The position numbers and the translations under genes were made by a program. Positions 28,918-39,457 of a DNA stretch of 64,000 bases are shown in pieces. Under the pieces are notes generated by a model that saw only the letters and a program-made list of their open reading frames with translations, did no database searches and was not told the DNA's origin. Each line of letters opens with the position of its first letter. Position 1 is the first letter of the stretch. Source of the DNA: Cenarchaeum sp. (GTDB taxonomy: Archaea > Thermoproteota > Nitrososphaeria > Nitrososphaerales > Nitrosopumilaceae); the NCBI GenBank assembly GCA_965212015.1, contig OZ243037.1, positions 928,001 through 992,000 on the forward strand, read 5' to 3'.

Positions 28918-29619
28918 TTAGGCGCGGGCCGGGCCCTTGTAGGCGGCGACCATTATCGCCCCGCCCAATAGTTTCTTTTCAAACTCTACCCTCGGGAACT
29001 TTTCTCGCAGCAGCTCCTCGAGCTTTTTGTTCTGCGGCCACCGCCGGTAGGTGCCGTAAAGCGCGGCAAACTTTAGTCCGAGGCGCCCCCCCGCGGCATA
29101 CGCAATCAGCGGCAGGATTGCGCGCAGGTAAAACGACACCCCGAGCCTCAGCAGCGCGCAGTCCGGCTTGCCAAGATCCACTATTACAAACCTGCCGCCG
29201 TTTTTTAGCACCCGGTGGACCTCCGATATCGCGATTCGGAGGTTTATGGCGTCACGAAGCGAGTATCCGCACATTACTGCGTCAAACCCGCCGTCGGCAA
29301 ACGGCATGTGCTCAAAGACCCCGCACGACACGGCGTGGTTTGCAAGGTCGTCCCCGGTGTTTTTCAGCATCGGCACGAGCGGATCATACAGCACCACCTG
29401 CAGGTTTTCGCCGCACACCTCGCCTGCGGTCCGCGACATGTTTCCAAAGCCGGATCCCGCATCCAATACCACGTCCCCCGGCATGATGCGTCCCCTGATC
29501 CCCGCGCGCCTGTGCTTTGCGTCCCTTCCCAGCGAGATGCACGAGTTGACCCTGTCGTATACCGGAATAATATCCCGCAGGACACCGATTACCTCCGGCC
29601 AATATCCTGCAAGCCCCAT
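28918..29619 (-). CDS. UbiE/MenG-like SAM methyltransferase
   Basis: YDRVN, VLDAGSGFG, PFADGGFD, RVLKNGG. Confidence 0.85.
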   Translation of the reverse strand: MGLAGYWPEVIGVLRDIIPVYDRVNSCISLGRDAKHRRAGIRGRIMPGDVVLDAGSGFGNMSRTAGEVCGENLQVVLYDPLVPMLKNTGDDLANHAVSCGVFEHMPFADGGFDAVMCGYSLRDAINLRIAISEVHRVLKNGGRFVIVDLGKPDCALLRLGVSFYLRAILPLIAYAAGGRLGLKFAALYGTYRRWPQNKKLEELLREKFPRVEFEKKLLGGAIMVAAYKGPARA

Positions 29620-29646
29620 CAGTTCACACCGTCCCGGCGCAAGAGG

Positions 29647-30372
29647 CTAGACCTTGAATTTCTGCGACGCGGTTTTGGAGTATTTTTCCAGGTCCTGCTC
29701 TGTGACTTTTTCAAGCTGGCGCTTTTCGGTTGTAATCCTTGCCATCTTTAGGTGCTTTGCGTCATCCCGGGCCTCGGTCTTTAGGTTGATTGCCGCCACC
29801 GCAAGCGTGGCTGCGTCATCCAGGCTCATGTCAGGGCTGTATGTCTTTTCCAAAAATTCGTTTACCTCTTCGGAGCCGGCACCGATTGCCACTGCGGAAT
29901 ACGGCACAAACGTGCCGCTTGGATCCGTGACATAGATGCGCTCCCCCTTTTGATCCACGCCGGCGATTATCAGCGCCACCCCGTACGGCCGGACGCCGGA
30001 ATACTGCGTGAACTGGTGGCACTGATCCGCCAGGTGCTTGGCGACAGTCTCCACCTCTACGGACTCGTCGTACGTCATTTTGTTTCCCTGTGAGAAATAT
30101 CTCGCATTGTCCACCTGAACCCGCGCATCCGGTATGTATCCGGCTGCGGCCACGCCGATGTGCCTGTCTATTTGGAATATTTTCTGAGTGATATCTGATG
30201 CCTGCAAGGCGCGCGGCTTCTCCTCGACTGCGACTACCACGCCCTCCTTTGTCCTGATGCCGATTGCCAGCGTGCCGCGCTTTACCGTCTCTATGGCGTA
30301 TTCCACCTGGTATATGCGGCCGTCTGGCGAATACATGGTGGGCGTCATGTCATACCCGCGCGATGTCATCAT
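29647..30372 (-). CDS. psmA: Proteasome alpha subunit
   Basis: GYDMTPTMYSPDGRIYQVEYA, RPYGV, TDPSG. Confidence 0.96.
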   Translation of the reverse strand: MMTSRGYDMTPTMYSPDGRIYQVEYAIETVKRGTLAIGIRTKEGVVVAVEEKPRALQASDITQKIFQIDRHIGVAAAGYIPDARVQVDNARYFSQGNKMTYDESVEVETVAKHLADQCHQFTQYSGVRPYGVALIIAGVDQKGERIYVTDPSGTFVPYSAVAIGAGSEEVNEFLEKTYSPDMSLDDAATLAVAAINLKTEARDDAKHLKMARITTEKRQLEKVTEQDLEKYSKTASQKFKV

Positions 30373-30479
30373 GTATGGTCGTGAATTTCCAGCAAATTTA
30401 AGGGTAATTATCAGAAAACCGGCCGAATATGGAACAGAACTGGCAATAACGCTATATTGGAAACGGCCGCACCACACCC

Positions 30480-30863
30480 ATGAGTGCAGGCCAGCTAGTA
30501 GAGTTCAAGGCGATAATCAGGACCAGAAATCCCGGCCCCAGAAGGCCCGACAGGCAGGCAAGAAAGCTGCTGCTATACCTCTTTACTGGCACGAGGGGCG
30601 GCTTTACCAGGCTGAGGATAATCATGCTTTTGCTGGACAGGCCGTACAACACGCACCAGCTTGCGCAAAGGATCGGCATGGACTACAAGGCAGTCCAGCA
30701 CCACATGCAGGTACTGGGCAAAAACAACCTAATCTCCAAGTCCGGCGACAGGTATGGCGCAGTCTTTTACCTGTCAAACTTTTTGGAGATCAACATAAAC
30801 GCCCTGGAGGAGGTAATCGAAAAGCTGGAAAAAAGCATGAGCTACAAAAAGGTGTACATTTAG
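30480..30863 (+). CDS. ArsR-like winged-helix transcription factor
   Basis: GTRGGFTRLRI, NTHQLA..MDYKAVQHH. Confidence 0.88.
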   Translation: MSAGQLVEFKAIIRTRNPGPRRPDRQARKLLLYLFTGTRGGFTRLRIIMLLLDRPYNTHQLAQRIGMDYKAVQHHMQVLGKNNLISKSGDRYGAVFYLSNFLEININALEEVIEKLEKSMSYKKVYI

Positions 30864-30968
30864 AAACGCGCGTCCCTGTCCTCCAAATGGCAGGCGTACC
30901 GGGGCGATCAAGCCTGGGCATCCGCGGGGATGACAGACGGGACACAAACTTAAAATATTATACGGGGT

Positions 30969-32258
30969 TTGATTACTGCAAGATTGATAAAAAACGATCC
31001 TTTTGCAAACGCGACAAAGCAGGTCAATGACGCGTGCGATATTTTAAAGATAAAAGACGAGGGCCTGAGGGAATATCTGGCAATGCCAAACAGGCTCCTG
31101 CGGGTCAAGATTCCAGTCAGGATGGACGACGGAAAGATCCGCATCTTTACTGGGTTCCGCTGCCAGCACAACAACGACCGCGGCCCGTACAAGGGCGGCA
31201 TACGCTACTTTAACCCCAAGGGCGGAGTCGAGTACATGGAGCGCGAGGTCATGGCACTCTCTTCATGGATGACGTGGAAGTGCGCCATCGTGGACATACC
31301 GCTCGGCGGCGGCAAGGGCGGGATTTACGTCAATCCAAAGACAGAAAAGATAAGCGACGCAGAAAAGGAGAGGATTACCAGGAGATTCGCATACATGATT
31401 GCCGAAGTCATCGGGCCAGAAAAGGACATTCCCGCACCGGACGTCTATACCACGGGAAAGGAAATGACGCAGATAATGGACGTGTACGGCAAGATGAACG
31501 GAAACAGGTATCTGCCCGGCGTCATTACCGGCAAGCCGATTCCGATGGGCGGCTCGCTTGCGCGAAACGTGGCAACCGGACTCGGCGCCGCATACTGTAC
31601 GAGGGAGGCGGCCGGAACGCTAAAGATCAGCATAAAGGGCGCAAAGGTGGTGCTGCAGGGGTTTGGAAACGCGTCGACCTTTGCGGGCGAGTACCTTGAA
31701 AAGATGGGCGCCAGTATAATCGGCGCCAGTGATTCAAAGGGATCAATAATCGTACCCGGCGGCTTCAAGGTGGCAAAGCTGCTCGAGCACAAGCGTAAAA
31801 ACGGATCAGTCGTGGGATTTGCCGGCAGCAAAAAGGCAAGCACGGAGGAGCTGCTTACGACAAAGTGCGACGTCCTGGTTCCCGGCGCGCTAGAAAACCA
31901 GATCGACGCAAAGATTGCAGCAAAGCTGCAGTGCAGGATACTGACCGAGGCCGCAAACGGGCCCACGCTTCCGGAGGCAGACCCGATAATACACAAGAAA
32001 AAGATTCTGGTAATTCCGGACATACTGGCAAACTCTGGCGGCGTGTGCATATCGTACCTGGAATGGGTCCAGAACAACCAGGGATACTATTGGAGCTTCG
32101 ACGAGGTCGCAAAAAAGATGGAGGTCAACATTGTAAAGGGGTTCAAGGACTCGTATGCGTTTGCGCAAAAGCACAAGATAGACATGAGAAAGGCAGCAAT
32201 GGTGCTTGCGGTAAGCAGGGTAGTCGAGGCCTTTGAGCACAAGGGCATCTGGCCATAG
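30969..32258 (+). CDS. gdhA: Glutamate dehydrogenase
   Basis: GPYKGGIR, GGGKGG, DIPAPDV, QGFGN, EAANGP; start may be TTG 30984. Confidence 0.96.
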   Translation: MITARLIKNDPFANATKQVNDACDILKIKDEGLREYLAMPNRLLRVKIPVRMDDGKIRIFTGFRCQHNNDRGPYKGGIRYFNPKGGVEYMEREVMALSSWMTWKCAIVDIPLGGGKGGIYVNPKTEKISDAEKERITRRFAYMIAEVIGPEKDIPAPDVYTTGKEMTQIMDVYGKMNGNRYLPGVITGKPIPMGGSLARNVATGLGAAYCTREAAGTLKISIKGAKVVLQGFGNASTFAGEYLEKMGASIIGASDSKGSIIVPGGFKVAKLLEHKRKNGSVVGFAGSKKASTEELLTTKCDVLVPGALENQIDAKIAAKLQCRILTEAANGPTLPEADPIIHKKKILVIPDILANSGGVCISYLEWVQNNQGYYWSFDEVAKKMEVNIVKGFKDSYAFAQKHKIDMRKAAMVLAVSRVVEAFEHKGIWP

Positions 32259-32285
32259 TCAGCCGATTCCAGGCATGCCTGTAAA

Positions 32286-32939
32286 ATGACTGACGTGCTA
32301 GTAATACAGAACAACGGCATCGAGGGGGCCGGCAATCTTGGCCGGCTGCTGGCAGGCGACGGCTTTGATGTCAGGACGGTTCACGCGTGGCGCGAGGACA
32401 TTAGACACGAATGCGACATGCTCGTAATACTCGGGGCCCCGGAGAGTGCAAATGATGCGCGCCTGCAAGGCCAGCAGGACATGATACGCGACCACACGGC
32501 AAGACAAAAGCCGGTCCTAGGCATATGCCTGGGATCGCAGCTGATCGCACGCGCGCTTGGCGCCAGGGTCTATCGCGGCCCAAAAAAAGAGATCGGCTTT
32601 TACCACGACTTGCACCCGGAGGGCCCGCTGCTCGGGGGGCTTGGCAGCCCGTTTAGCGCGTTTCACTGGCACGAGGACACATTTGAGCTTCCCGCAGGCG
32701 CAGTCAGGCTGGCCAGCTCGGAGCACTATCCAAACCAGGCGTTCCGGCACGGGACTGCCGTTGGGCTGCAGTTTCACCTAGAGGCAGACCACGACATGAT
32801 GCGCCTGTGGCTTGCCAGGTCCGGCCTGGACTGCGCCGCTGCCGGCAGGATTGCATCGGAGATTGACGAGTTTGCCCCCGCAGTCGGCAGGAACCTTGGA
32901 ATATTCTACAAAAACTTCAAGTCAGAGTTTGGCCTATAG
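32286..32939 (+). CDS. Type 1 glutamine amidotransferase
   Basis: LGICLGSQL, WHED, QFHLE. Confidence 0.9.
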   Translation: MTDVLVIQNNGIEGAGNLGRLLAGDGFDVRTVHAWREDIRHECDMLVILGAPESANDARLQGQQDMIRDHTARQKPVLGICLGSQLIARALGARVYRGPKKEIGFYHDLHPEGPLLGGLGSPFSAFHWHEDTFELPAGAVRLASSEHYPNQAFRHGTAVGLQFHLEADHDMMRLWLARSGLDCAAAGRIASEIDEFAPAVGRNLGIFYKNFKSEFGL

Positions 32940-32955
32940 ACCGGCGCAACAGGGC

Positions 32956-33960
32956 CTAGCCGCTGAGCCATCCGACCTTTTTAAAGTACGCAAACATTAC
33001 TGCGGCCGGAACGACTGATGCCAGGATTATCGTGGCAAACGTGGTAAATGTCCCGGGCTCTTCTGCACCCCCCGGAAGGTTGACGTTCATGCCGTAGAAC
33101 GTGCCTATTACCGTGGCAGGTATGGCCAGCGCGAATATTATCGTGAGTACCGCAAGCACCTTGCTTGTCTTTTCCGTGCTCAGCATGAAATCCGTGTCCT
33201 TGTATATCTCCATGGTCTCCCTTGACTCCTCAAGCGTGTCGATTACCTTGTCCACGTGATCAATAATGTCATCAAAGTACAGCGTGAGATCCTCCGTTGC
33301 GGAAAACCTCGGAATCTGTTTTGAGGTGGCAAGTATTATCCGCTTGAGCGGGCTCACTATCCTGCGCAGCATTGTAATCTCGCGCCGCAAAACAGAGATC
33401 TTTCTTGCCACGGACTTTTTGTCATCAAAGACGACCTCTTCTAGGTCGTCAAGGTTTGCAATTATCCTGCGCAGTGTGTGCAGCAGGTCGTCTACCAGTA
33501 TGTCTATGATCTCGTGCAGCAGGACGCCGGTGGATTTTGAGAGCAGGCGATCCCTTCTTTGCTGGTCCACGCCGTTCTCGCAGATTCCGACTAGCTCGAC
33601 GAGCGGGGCGAGCTCCCCCTGGTGGACCGTGATCAAAAAGTCCTTGCCCATAAAGACTGAGAGCTGGCTGTACTTTGGCATCGTCTGCTTTGCAAGCGGC
33701 GGAAAGTGCAGTATGAGAAAGACGTGCTCGGCGTACGTGTCAAGCTTTGAAAGCTCGAACTTTGTCAGGCAGTCCTCGACGTTTAGCGCGTTCAGGTTAT
33801 AGTCCCGGGCCAGATCCTCGACGTGCTTTCTGTCCGGATTCTGCAAGTCAGTCCAGGTAAACTTGTCGCCCCGGATCACCGTGGTCTTGCGCTCGCCGGT
33901 GCGGTCATCTGCCGGCTTTTTTGCATGACGCAGCTTGCGGGTGATGAATTCGCGCTTCAT
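32956..33960 (-). CDS. corA: CorA family Mg2+/Co2+ transporter
   Basis: YGMN signature and two C-terminal TM helices. Confidence 0.92.
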   Translation of the reverse strand: MKREFITRKLRHAKKPADDRTGERKTTVIRGDKFTWTDLQNPDRKHVEDLARDYNLNALNVEDCLTKFELSKLDTYAEHVFLILHFPPLAKQTMPKYSQLSVFMGKDFLITVHQGELAPLVELVGICENGVDQQRRDRLLSKSTGVLLHEIIDILVDDLLHTLRRIIANLDDLEEVVFDDKKSVARKISVLRREITMLRRIVSPLKRIILATSKQIPRFSATEDLTLYFDDIIDHVDKVIDTLEESRETMEIYKDTDFMLSTEKTSKVLAVLTIIFALAIPATVIGTFYGMNVNLPGGAEEPGTFTTFATIILASVVPAAVMFAYFKKVGWLSG

Positions 33961-34200
33961 TTCGCAGGGTCTGCGGATGCTACGGATTTAACGATTATCA
34001 TTGTGCGTGGCGCCTGCGGGCTATTTGAAGGGCAGCAGGGCATAGGAGCCATAGTATACGACTAGCGCCGATACTGCCATGCCAATCCACCATCCCCTGC
34101 CGGACATGCCTACGGGAGGGAAATTCTCAATAATAAACGTAAAGGGCGTCTGCGCCCCGAATCAAAGATTATTACGGGAAAAGACACACCCGTCTTTTGT

Positions 34201-34273
34201 GGCCTCCGTCGTATAGTGGCTAGTATAGGGGACTGTGGATCCCCGGACGGGAGTTCGATTCCCCCCGGAGGCC
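34201..34273 (+). tRNA. tRNA-His (GTG), encoded G-1
   Basis: GCCTCCG/CGGAGGC, C73, GGGGA-CTGTGGA-TCCCC. Confidence 0.95.
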
Positions 34274-34280
34274 CTCAAAC

Positions 34281-34625
34281 TCAAAAAATCCCAAACTTGC
34301 TTGATTCCATCTCTTCTTTGATTGCGAGCTTGAACCTGCTGCCGCCTGTCTCCAGCCTGGCAGTCAGCAGCGCGAGAAACTTTTTGTCCGTCCCCTTTCC
34401 GGGCAGGCACTCAAAATCGGCGCCCATCTGTCCGGCGAGCTTTAGCACCATCTCGCGGCTCACGCTTAGTACGAAAAAGTGCCATCCAAAGGCAAACTCC
34501 GAGTCCGTCATTACAAAGCAGTCCTGCTCGTGCACGGTCTCCTCGAGGCGCCGGAGGGCGGACCGCAGCGCCCCGCTCGTCTTGTCATAGTCCACCGCAG
34601 AGACGTTGATGTTGATTCGCTCCAT
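34281..34625 (-). CDS. Conserved hypothetical protein
   Basis: DSEFAFGWHFF motif; host-like composition. Confidence 0.75.
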   Translation of the reverse strand: MERININVSAVDYDKTSGALRSALRRLEETVHEQDCFVMTDSEFAFGWHFFVLSVSREMVLKLAGQMGADFECLPGKGTDKKFLALLTARLETGGSRFKLAIKEEMESSKFGIF

Positions 34626-34668
34626 GCCGTAGCGTGTCGGCCACAAAATAAAAGGTTTGCACGGGGGG

Positions 34669-35427
34669 CTATTTATCGAGCATGTGGTCCAGCTCAATGT
34701 CGTAAAAGTTCCTCAGTATCCCCATGTACGCCCTTATCGGATCCGGCACGCCGTCGCCGCATGCCACCCCCAGGTTTTTTGCGTTAATCCATATCACCAG
34801 CGACTGCACTATGGTGACAAACCTGTTGTTCTCGGCATCTGGCAGCTCTATTGCCCTGGTGTACCTTTCTGCGTGCTCCCACGCCGTTACAAAGTCGACG
34901 CACTTTACCCCAAACACCGCAAGGAGCTGATCCTGCAGGCTTTTTGCCGGCCGCAGCGGGATCTCGCTTACCACATACGGAAACCTCACCCTGTGCGGCA
35001 TGTATCCGGGGAGCGGGCCCCACAGGGTCGCTATCCTGCACCCGCGCTGGAGCCGCCTGAGCTTTGGAACCATCCTTCGTATTACGTCTGCGTCTGCAAA
35101 CCAGAACAGGACCGCCGTGGCGTCATCCATGTCCGCCTCGGCAACATCCCCGCAGGTAAACTCGGCACAGTCCAAATCCCCGCACGCGTCTTTTGCGCGC
35201 GCTATTTTTTGCGCATCAGAGTCAATGCCTGCTGCCTTTTTTACGCCAAACTCCCTTGCCGCCACGGATACCGCCCCGCCATCACCGCATCCCAGGTGGT
35301 AAAACACATCGCCGCCTCCCAGCTCCAGAAACTCAAAGATGTCGCGGATGGATCTGTCCGGCAGCCGCACGTCCTGTCCGGACATTATCTCGGGGGGCAG
35401 TGATTTCAGGTATTCCTCGAGTTTCAA
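34669..35427 (-). CDS. SAM-dependent methyltransferase
   Basis: FYHLGCGDG motif I, GIDSD. Confidence 0.85.
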   Translation of the reverse strand: MKLEEYLKSLPPEIMSGQDVRLPDRSIRDIFEFLELGGGDVFYHLGCGDGGAVSVAAREFGVKKAAGIDSDAQKIARAKDACGDLDCAEFTCGDVAEADMDDATAVLFWFADADVIRRMVPKLRRLQRGCRIATLWGPLPGYMPHRVRFPYVVSEIPLRPAKSLQDQLLAVFGVKCVDFVTAWEHAERYTRAIELPDAENNRFVTIVQSLVIWINAKNLGVACGDGVPDPIRAYMGILRNFYDIELDHMLDK

Positions 35428-35449
35428 TTGGCCAGCTGCACCAGTCGGG

Positions 35450-35719
35450 TCACTCCCTTATTCCCTCCAGCTTGGATACTGCCTGCCACAGGGTGACCCG
35501 GACGTATGACGGCATGTTTGGATCCTGCGTAATGTCATCAAGCATGCTGATTGCGTTTGCGGCCCTTACCGAGAGCGAGGATTCCTGGACCTGAAGCCCG
35601 GCGACCAGGTCGACAATGTTTTTTTTTATGGTCTTGGGCGTGGAGGGGTTTGCCACCATCTGCTCCAGCGTGTCTATTGCCTCCTTCATGGATTCCCTGT
35701 TTTGGTTTTCATCGGCCAT
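35450..35719 (-). CDS. UPF0147 family protein
   Basis: PKTIK, VRAANAISMLDDITQDPNMPSYVR. Confidence 0.9.
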   Translation of the reverse strand: MADENQNRESMKEAIDTLEQMVANPSTPKTIKKNIVDLVAGLQVQESSLSVRAANAISMLDDITQDPNMPSYVRVTLWQAVSKLEGIRE

Positions 35720-35728
35720 GACGCACAC

Positions 35729-36034
35729 CTATACCTCGATGAAGACACTGTCTGCCTCTATTACAACCTTGTATGACTTTAAATCGTTAATCTTTGCCGG
35801 GAACTTTGCCAGCTTGCCGGTCTTGCAGTCAAACTGCGCCCCGTGCCACCCGCAGGTCACGACATGGCCCTCAAGGCTGCCCTCCGAGAGGCTCGCCCCC
35901 GAGTGTGTGCAGGTGTCATCCATTGCGTGGTACGTCCCGTCGATGTTTGCCACGAGAATGTCGCGCCCGTCGACTGTGACCTTGTGCGGCGCTCCCTGGA
36001 CGTCAGATACCTTGCAGGCCTCTATCCTTCCCAT
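35729..36034 (-). CDS. Rieske [2Fe-2S] ferredoxin
   Basis: CTH...CGWHGAQFD. Confidence 0.93.
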   Translation of the reverse strand: MGRIEACKVSDVQGAPHKVTVDGRDILVANIDGTYHAMDDTCTHSGASLSEGSLEGHVVTCGWHGAQFDCKTGKLAKFPAKINDLKSYKVVIEADSVFIEV

Positions 36035-36076
36035 GGCACCATCTCAATGGGTTATTCTTAATAGTTTTTCTACCGT

Positions 36077-36916
36077 TTGGCACGTATGCGGGTTCAAAGG
36101 GCCTCAGATTCGGACAGGGACGCGGTTCTGGGTTTTTGCAGGAACACCTTTTCGTGGGGGGACTATATAGGGAGGGTCTGGGACGACTGGATTCTCAGGG
36201 GCGACTTGCTCATAGTCTGCGACGGCGGCGCCCCGGTGGCCGTGTGCCATGCGCGGCACTTTGCGTGCCAGCAGGGCATGTGGATAGAGGGAATAAGGGT
36301 GCATCCCAGTCACAGGAGGCGCGGCCACGCATCAAGGCTCGTGCGGCACTGCGAGGGGATTGCGCGCGCCAAGGGGTGCACAAACGTGCAGATGTTCATA
36401 GAGACGGACAACCTGCACTCCATCGCACTTGCAAGGACGGCCGGATACAGGATTGTGGAAAAGTGGGGCTTTTACTCCCTAGAGTGCGCGCGCAAAAACG
36501 CAGGTGCGGGACAGGATGCGGGAAAAAACGCGGCAGAATTTCTCGCATCACTCGGTGGCGGCTATGTCGACTCGTGGCACTGGCGCGCGCTGACCAAAGA
36601 TGCAATAGACGCGCTGGTACAGGGAAACAACGTCATAATCTCGCGCGCAGACGACGGCGCAATGGGCGCCGCAGTGTTTGCAGAGTCAGAGAACTTTGGC
36701 CGGACCGTGCTGGTAAGCGTTCTTGCCGGGGACTGTCACAGGATATCTGACATGCTGTCAAGCGTACAGTACATGGCGCAAAAAAGGGGCATGAGGCGGA
36801 TTCAGATAGTCACCAGGATGGAGTCGATGCCGCCCCTTGCGGGGCTGGAAAAAAAGCTGTCGTTTTACCTGGTGGAAAAAAGGCCGCACGCTATGTCATC
36901 CTTACAGAGTTCCTGA
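36077..36916 (+). CDS. GNAT family acetyltransferase
   Basis: IEGIRVHPSHRRRGHAS, N..SIAL. Confidence 0.88.
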   Translation: MARMRVQRASDSDRDAVLGFCRNTFSWGDYIGRVWDDWILRGDLLIVCDGGAPVAVCHARHFACQQGMWIEGIRVHPSHRRRGHASRLVRHCEGIARAKGCTNVQMFIETDNLHSIALARTAGYRIVEKWGFYSLECARKNAGAGQDAGKNAAEFLASLGGGYVDSWHWRALTKDAIDALVQGNNVIISRADDGAMGAAVFAESENFGRTVLVSVLAGDCHRISDMLSSVQYMAQKRGMRRIQIVTRMESMPPLAGLEKKLSFYLVEKRPHAMSSLQSS

Positions 36917-37757
36917 GCACCCCAAGCCCGCTTATCTCCATCTCTATTTTGTCGCCGTCCTTGAGGTATTCCAGATCCGGGCGGTTCAGTACGGCGCCGT
37001 ACGGCGTCCCCGTCGATATGATGTCGCCCCTCTCAAGGGTCATCGAGCGGCTGAGCCGGGATATTATCTCCGGCGGCTTTATGTGCATTTTGCGAGTCGA
37101 CGAGTCCTGCCTTGTCGCGCCGTTTATTTTTGTAGTCAGCCTCAGGTCATCGGGATCCGGCACTGCGTCAGACGTGGTAATCCACGGGCCGCACGGCGCA
37201 AACGTGTCAAAGCCCTTTGCGCGGGTAAACTGCCCGTCCCGGAACTGTATGTCCCTTGCCGAGACGTCATTCAGTATGGTGTATCCGAATATGGCTTCTG
37301 CGGCCTCTTGCACCCCGACGTCCTTGCAGTCCCTGCCGATTACGATTGCCAGCTCTATCTCATAGTCCAGCCGCCTGACAAAGCCCGGACAGAGTATCTC
37401 ATCGCCATATCCGCAAAGCGCGGTGCGCGGCTTTATGATTATCACGGGATCCTCAGAGGGGACCACGTCCTGCCTTCTTGCGTGCTCCGGATAGTTAAAC
37501 GCAAGGCAGATGATCTTCGGCGGCCTGTCAACGGGGGCCAGGATGCGAAACTCTGAGAGACTCCGCCCGTACGGCAGGCCGCCTAGCCGGTCCTTGATCT
37601 CCTCGAACCAGCCGTCAAAGAGGAACTCCCTTACGCCCTGCGGCAGGGGCACGCCGGTCTGGTATGTCATCTCTTCTCTTGTGGCCACGCAGCCGTCCCT
37701 TATCAGGCCGAATGTCTCCTTGTTCTCATGCGATAGCCTCGTAATCCTCACAATCAT
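36891..37757 (-). CDS. Fumarylacetoacetate hydrolase family protein
   Basis: KIICLAFNY, DYEIEL, NDVSARD, KGFDTF, STGTP. Confidence 0.92.
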   Translation of the reverse strand: MIVRITRLSHENKETFGLIRDGCVATREEMTYQTGVPLPQGVREFLFDGWFEEIKDRLGGLPYGRSLSEFRILAPVDRPPKIICLAFNYPEHARRQDVVPSEDPVIIIKPRTALCGYGDEILCPGFVRRLDYEIELAIVIGRDCKDVGVQEAAEAIFGYTILNDVSARDIQFRDGQFTRAKGFDTFAPCGPWITTSDAVPDPDDLRLTTKINGATRQDSSTRKMHIKPPEIISRLSRSMTLERGDIISTGTPYGAVLNRPDLEYLKDGDKIEMEISGLGVLRNSVRMT

Positions 37758-37758
37758 T

Positions 37759-39456
37759 TCACCTGTGCGCATATATCGCCATTCCGCGCGACTCCTTTCG
37801 GCAGTATCCGAACCTGACAAACTGGATCAACCCGCCGTCCGGTATCTGCAGATAGTGCGGTTCTGCCACCGTCAGGAGCTCATCCAGGCTCCCCTCGTTA
37901 AACGAGTCGCCCTCAAAGAGCGGCCCTGGCACCATAATCCGGAGCTCGCAGGCGCCCCTTTGCGGGACCCACTGAATCTTTGGATGGCCGGCCCCAATCT
38001 CGTCGCCTGCGTATGTGCCGGCAAGCCCGGAGCTTGTCTTTTTTACGTCAATGTCGCCGAGTCCCATGAGGCGCACGCGCCCGTCCCCCGCAATGTCGTC
38101 GGCAGACACGTATACTGCACCGTCCAGCTCTATTCTTCTTTTTCCCATGTCCGTTGCCGGATGGTTGGGGATCTCTACCGTATCGGACGGCAGGCCGTCC
38201 AGCGTCATCCTTTGCGGGTTTTTTACAAGAAACAGCCTCGGCGTGTCTGCGTCGATTTTTTTGCGGTTAAAGGCCTCCAGTGCGTCAAAGGGCGCAAGCG
38301 TGTCGGCCTTTGTAAGGCCCAGCGACATTACAAACTGCCTTACGGCCCCCGGCACTATCCCCCTTCTTTGCAGCCCGGCAAGCGTCGGAAGCCGCGGATC
38401 GTCGTACCAGGGAATCTGGCCGCGCTCGATTAGCGGCTTGAGGACGCGCTTGGAGACGGGCATTCCCCGGAACTCTAGGCGCGAAAACGAGATCACCTCG
38501 GGCCTCCTCATATTTAGCGCGTCTAGAATACCTGCGTACAGCTCGTCGCGCAGCTCGTACTCTTTGGATCTAAACGCGTGCGTGACGCCGTCTATGCTGT
38601 CCTCGATGGCCACTGCAAAGTCGTAGCTGGGCCACACCCTGTACCTGTCGCCAAGCAGCGGATGCCTGGCGTCTATAATCCTGAACAGCACGGGATCGCG
38701 CATCACCGTGTTTGCCGAGTCCATCCCGCCGCGAAACCTCACGCAGGCGCCGCCCGGCTTGTATTTTTCCTGCATTTTTTCCCACTCCTCCATGTCCGCC
38801 CCTGCGCCCCCCCTGCTGCACTTGCAGGCAGTCATGCTGCGCCTGTTTTTTCCAATGTCATCACGCTTGCACGTGCAGACGTACGCGGCGCCGGATGCGA
38901 TTATCTCGCGGCCCTTTGCAGTCAGCAGCTCCATGTCATCAGACGTGTTTTTGATCCTGTCATAGGTGATTCCCAGCCAGTCCAGTCCGACTTTGATTGC
39001 CGCATAGTATTCCATGCGCTCGTTTTCCGGATTGGTGTCATCCATCCTGAGGATCTTTTTGCCGCCGTACTTGTCGGCGTACGCCTCGTTGATTATCGCA
39101 GCCTTTGCGTGGCCGATGTGCGGATAGCCGTTTGGCTCAGGCGGAAACCTGGTCACCACGTTACCCTGCACCGCCCCGGACAGCTCCGGCAGTCCGCGCT
39201 GCTCCCTTGGCGCCTTTTTTGCCAGAATCTCCGGAAAGTCCGACTCGATCTCTGAGCTTTGCCGTTCTGCCGACAGGCCGTTTACGCGCGCGACTTCTGC
39301 TGCAATGTATGGCGCCAGCTCCGCTGCCCTGCCCCGAAGATCCGGGTTTGCCCCGAGAATCTTGGAGAGGACCGTATTGTCGCGCGTCTTTGCCCCGTGC
39401 TCAAAGGCGTTTTGCAGGGCAATCCTCCTGATCTCCCTTTTTGTATTGTCATCCAT
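37759..39456 (-). CDS. gltX: Glutamyl-tRNA synthetase
   Basis: RFPPEPNGYPHIGH, DDTNP, VSKR, WYDDPRLPTL. Confidence 0.96.
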   Translation of the reverse strand: MDDNTKREIRRIALQNAFEHGAKTRDNTVLSKILGANPDLRGRAAELAPYIAAEVARVNGLSAERQSSEIESDFPEILAKKAPREQRGLPELSGAVQGNVVTRFPPEPNGYPHIGHAKAAIINEAYADKYGGKKILRMDDTNPENERMEYYAAIKVGLDWLGITYDRIKNTSDDMELLTAKGREIIASGAAYVCTCKRDDIGKNRRSMTACKCSRGGAGADMEEWEKMQEKYKPGGACVRFRGGMDSANTVMRDPVLFRIIDARHPLLGDRYRVWPSYDFAVAIEDSIDGVTHAFRSKEYELRDELYAGILDALNMRRPEVISFSRLEFRGMPVSKRVLKPLIERGQIPWYDDPRLPTLAGLQRRGIVPGAVRQFVMSLGLTKADTLAPFDALEAFNRKKIDADTPRLFLVKNPQRMTLDGLPSDTVEIPNHPATDMGKRRIELDGAVYVSADDIAGDGRVRLMGLGDIDVKKTSSGLAGTYAGDEIGAGHPKIQWVPQRGACELRIMVPGPLFEGDSFNEGSLDELLTVAEPHYLQIPDGGLIQFVRFGYCRKESRGMAIYAHR

Positions 39457-39457
39457 G

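Noticed and set aside
30870-30945. Imperfect inverted repeat GTCCCTGTC...GACAGACGGGAC upstream of gdhA
   Set aside because: Weak pairing in GC-rich DNA; single copy; no target duplication
34021-34130. Short hydrophobic minus-strand frame MWIGMAVSALVVYYGSYALLPFK
   Set aside because: Only 23 aa, bounded by upstream stops, no independent support
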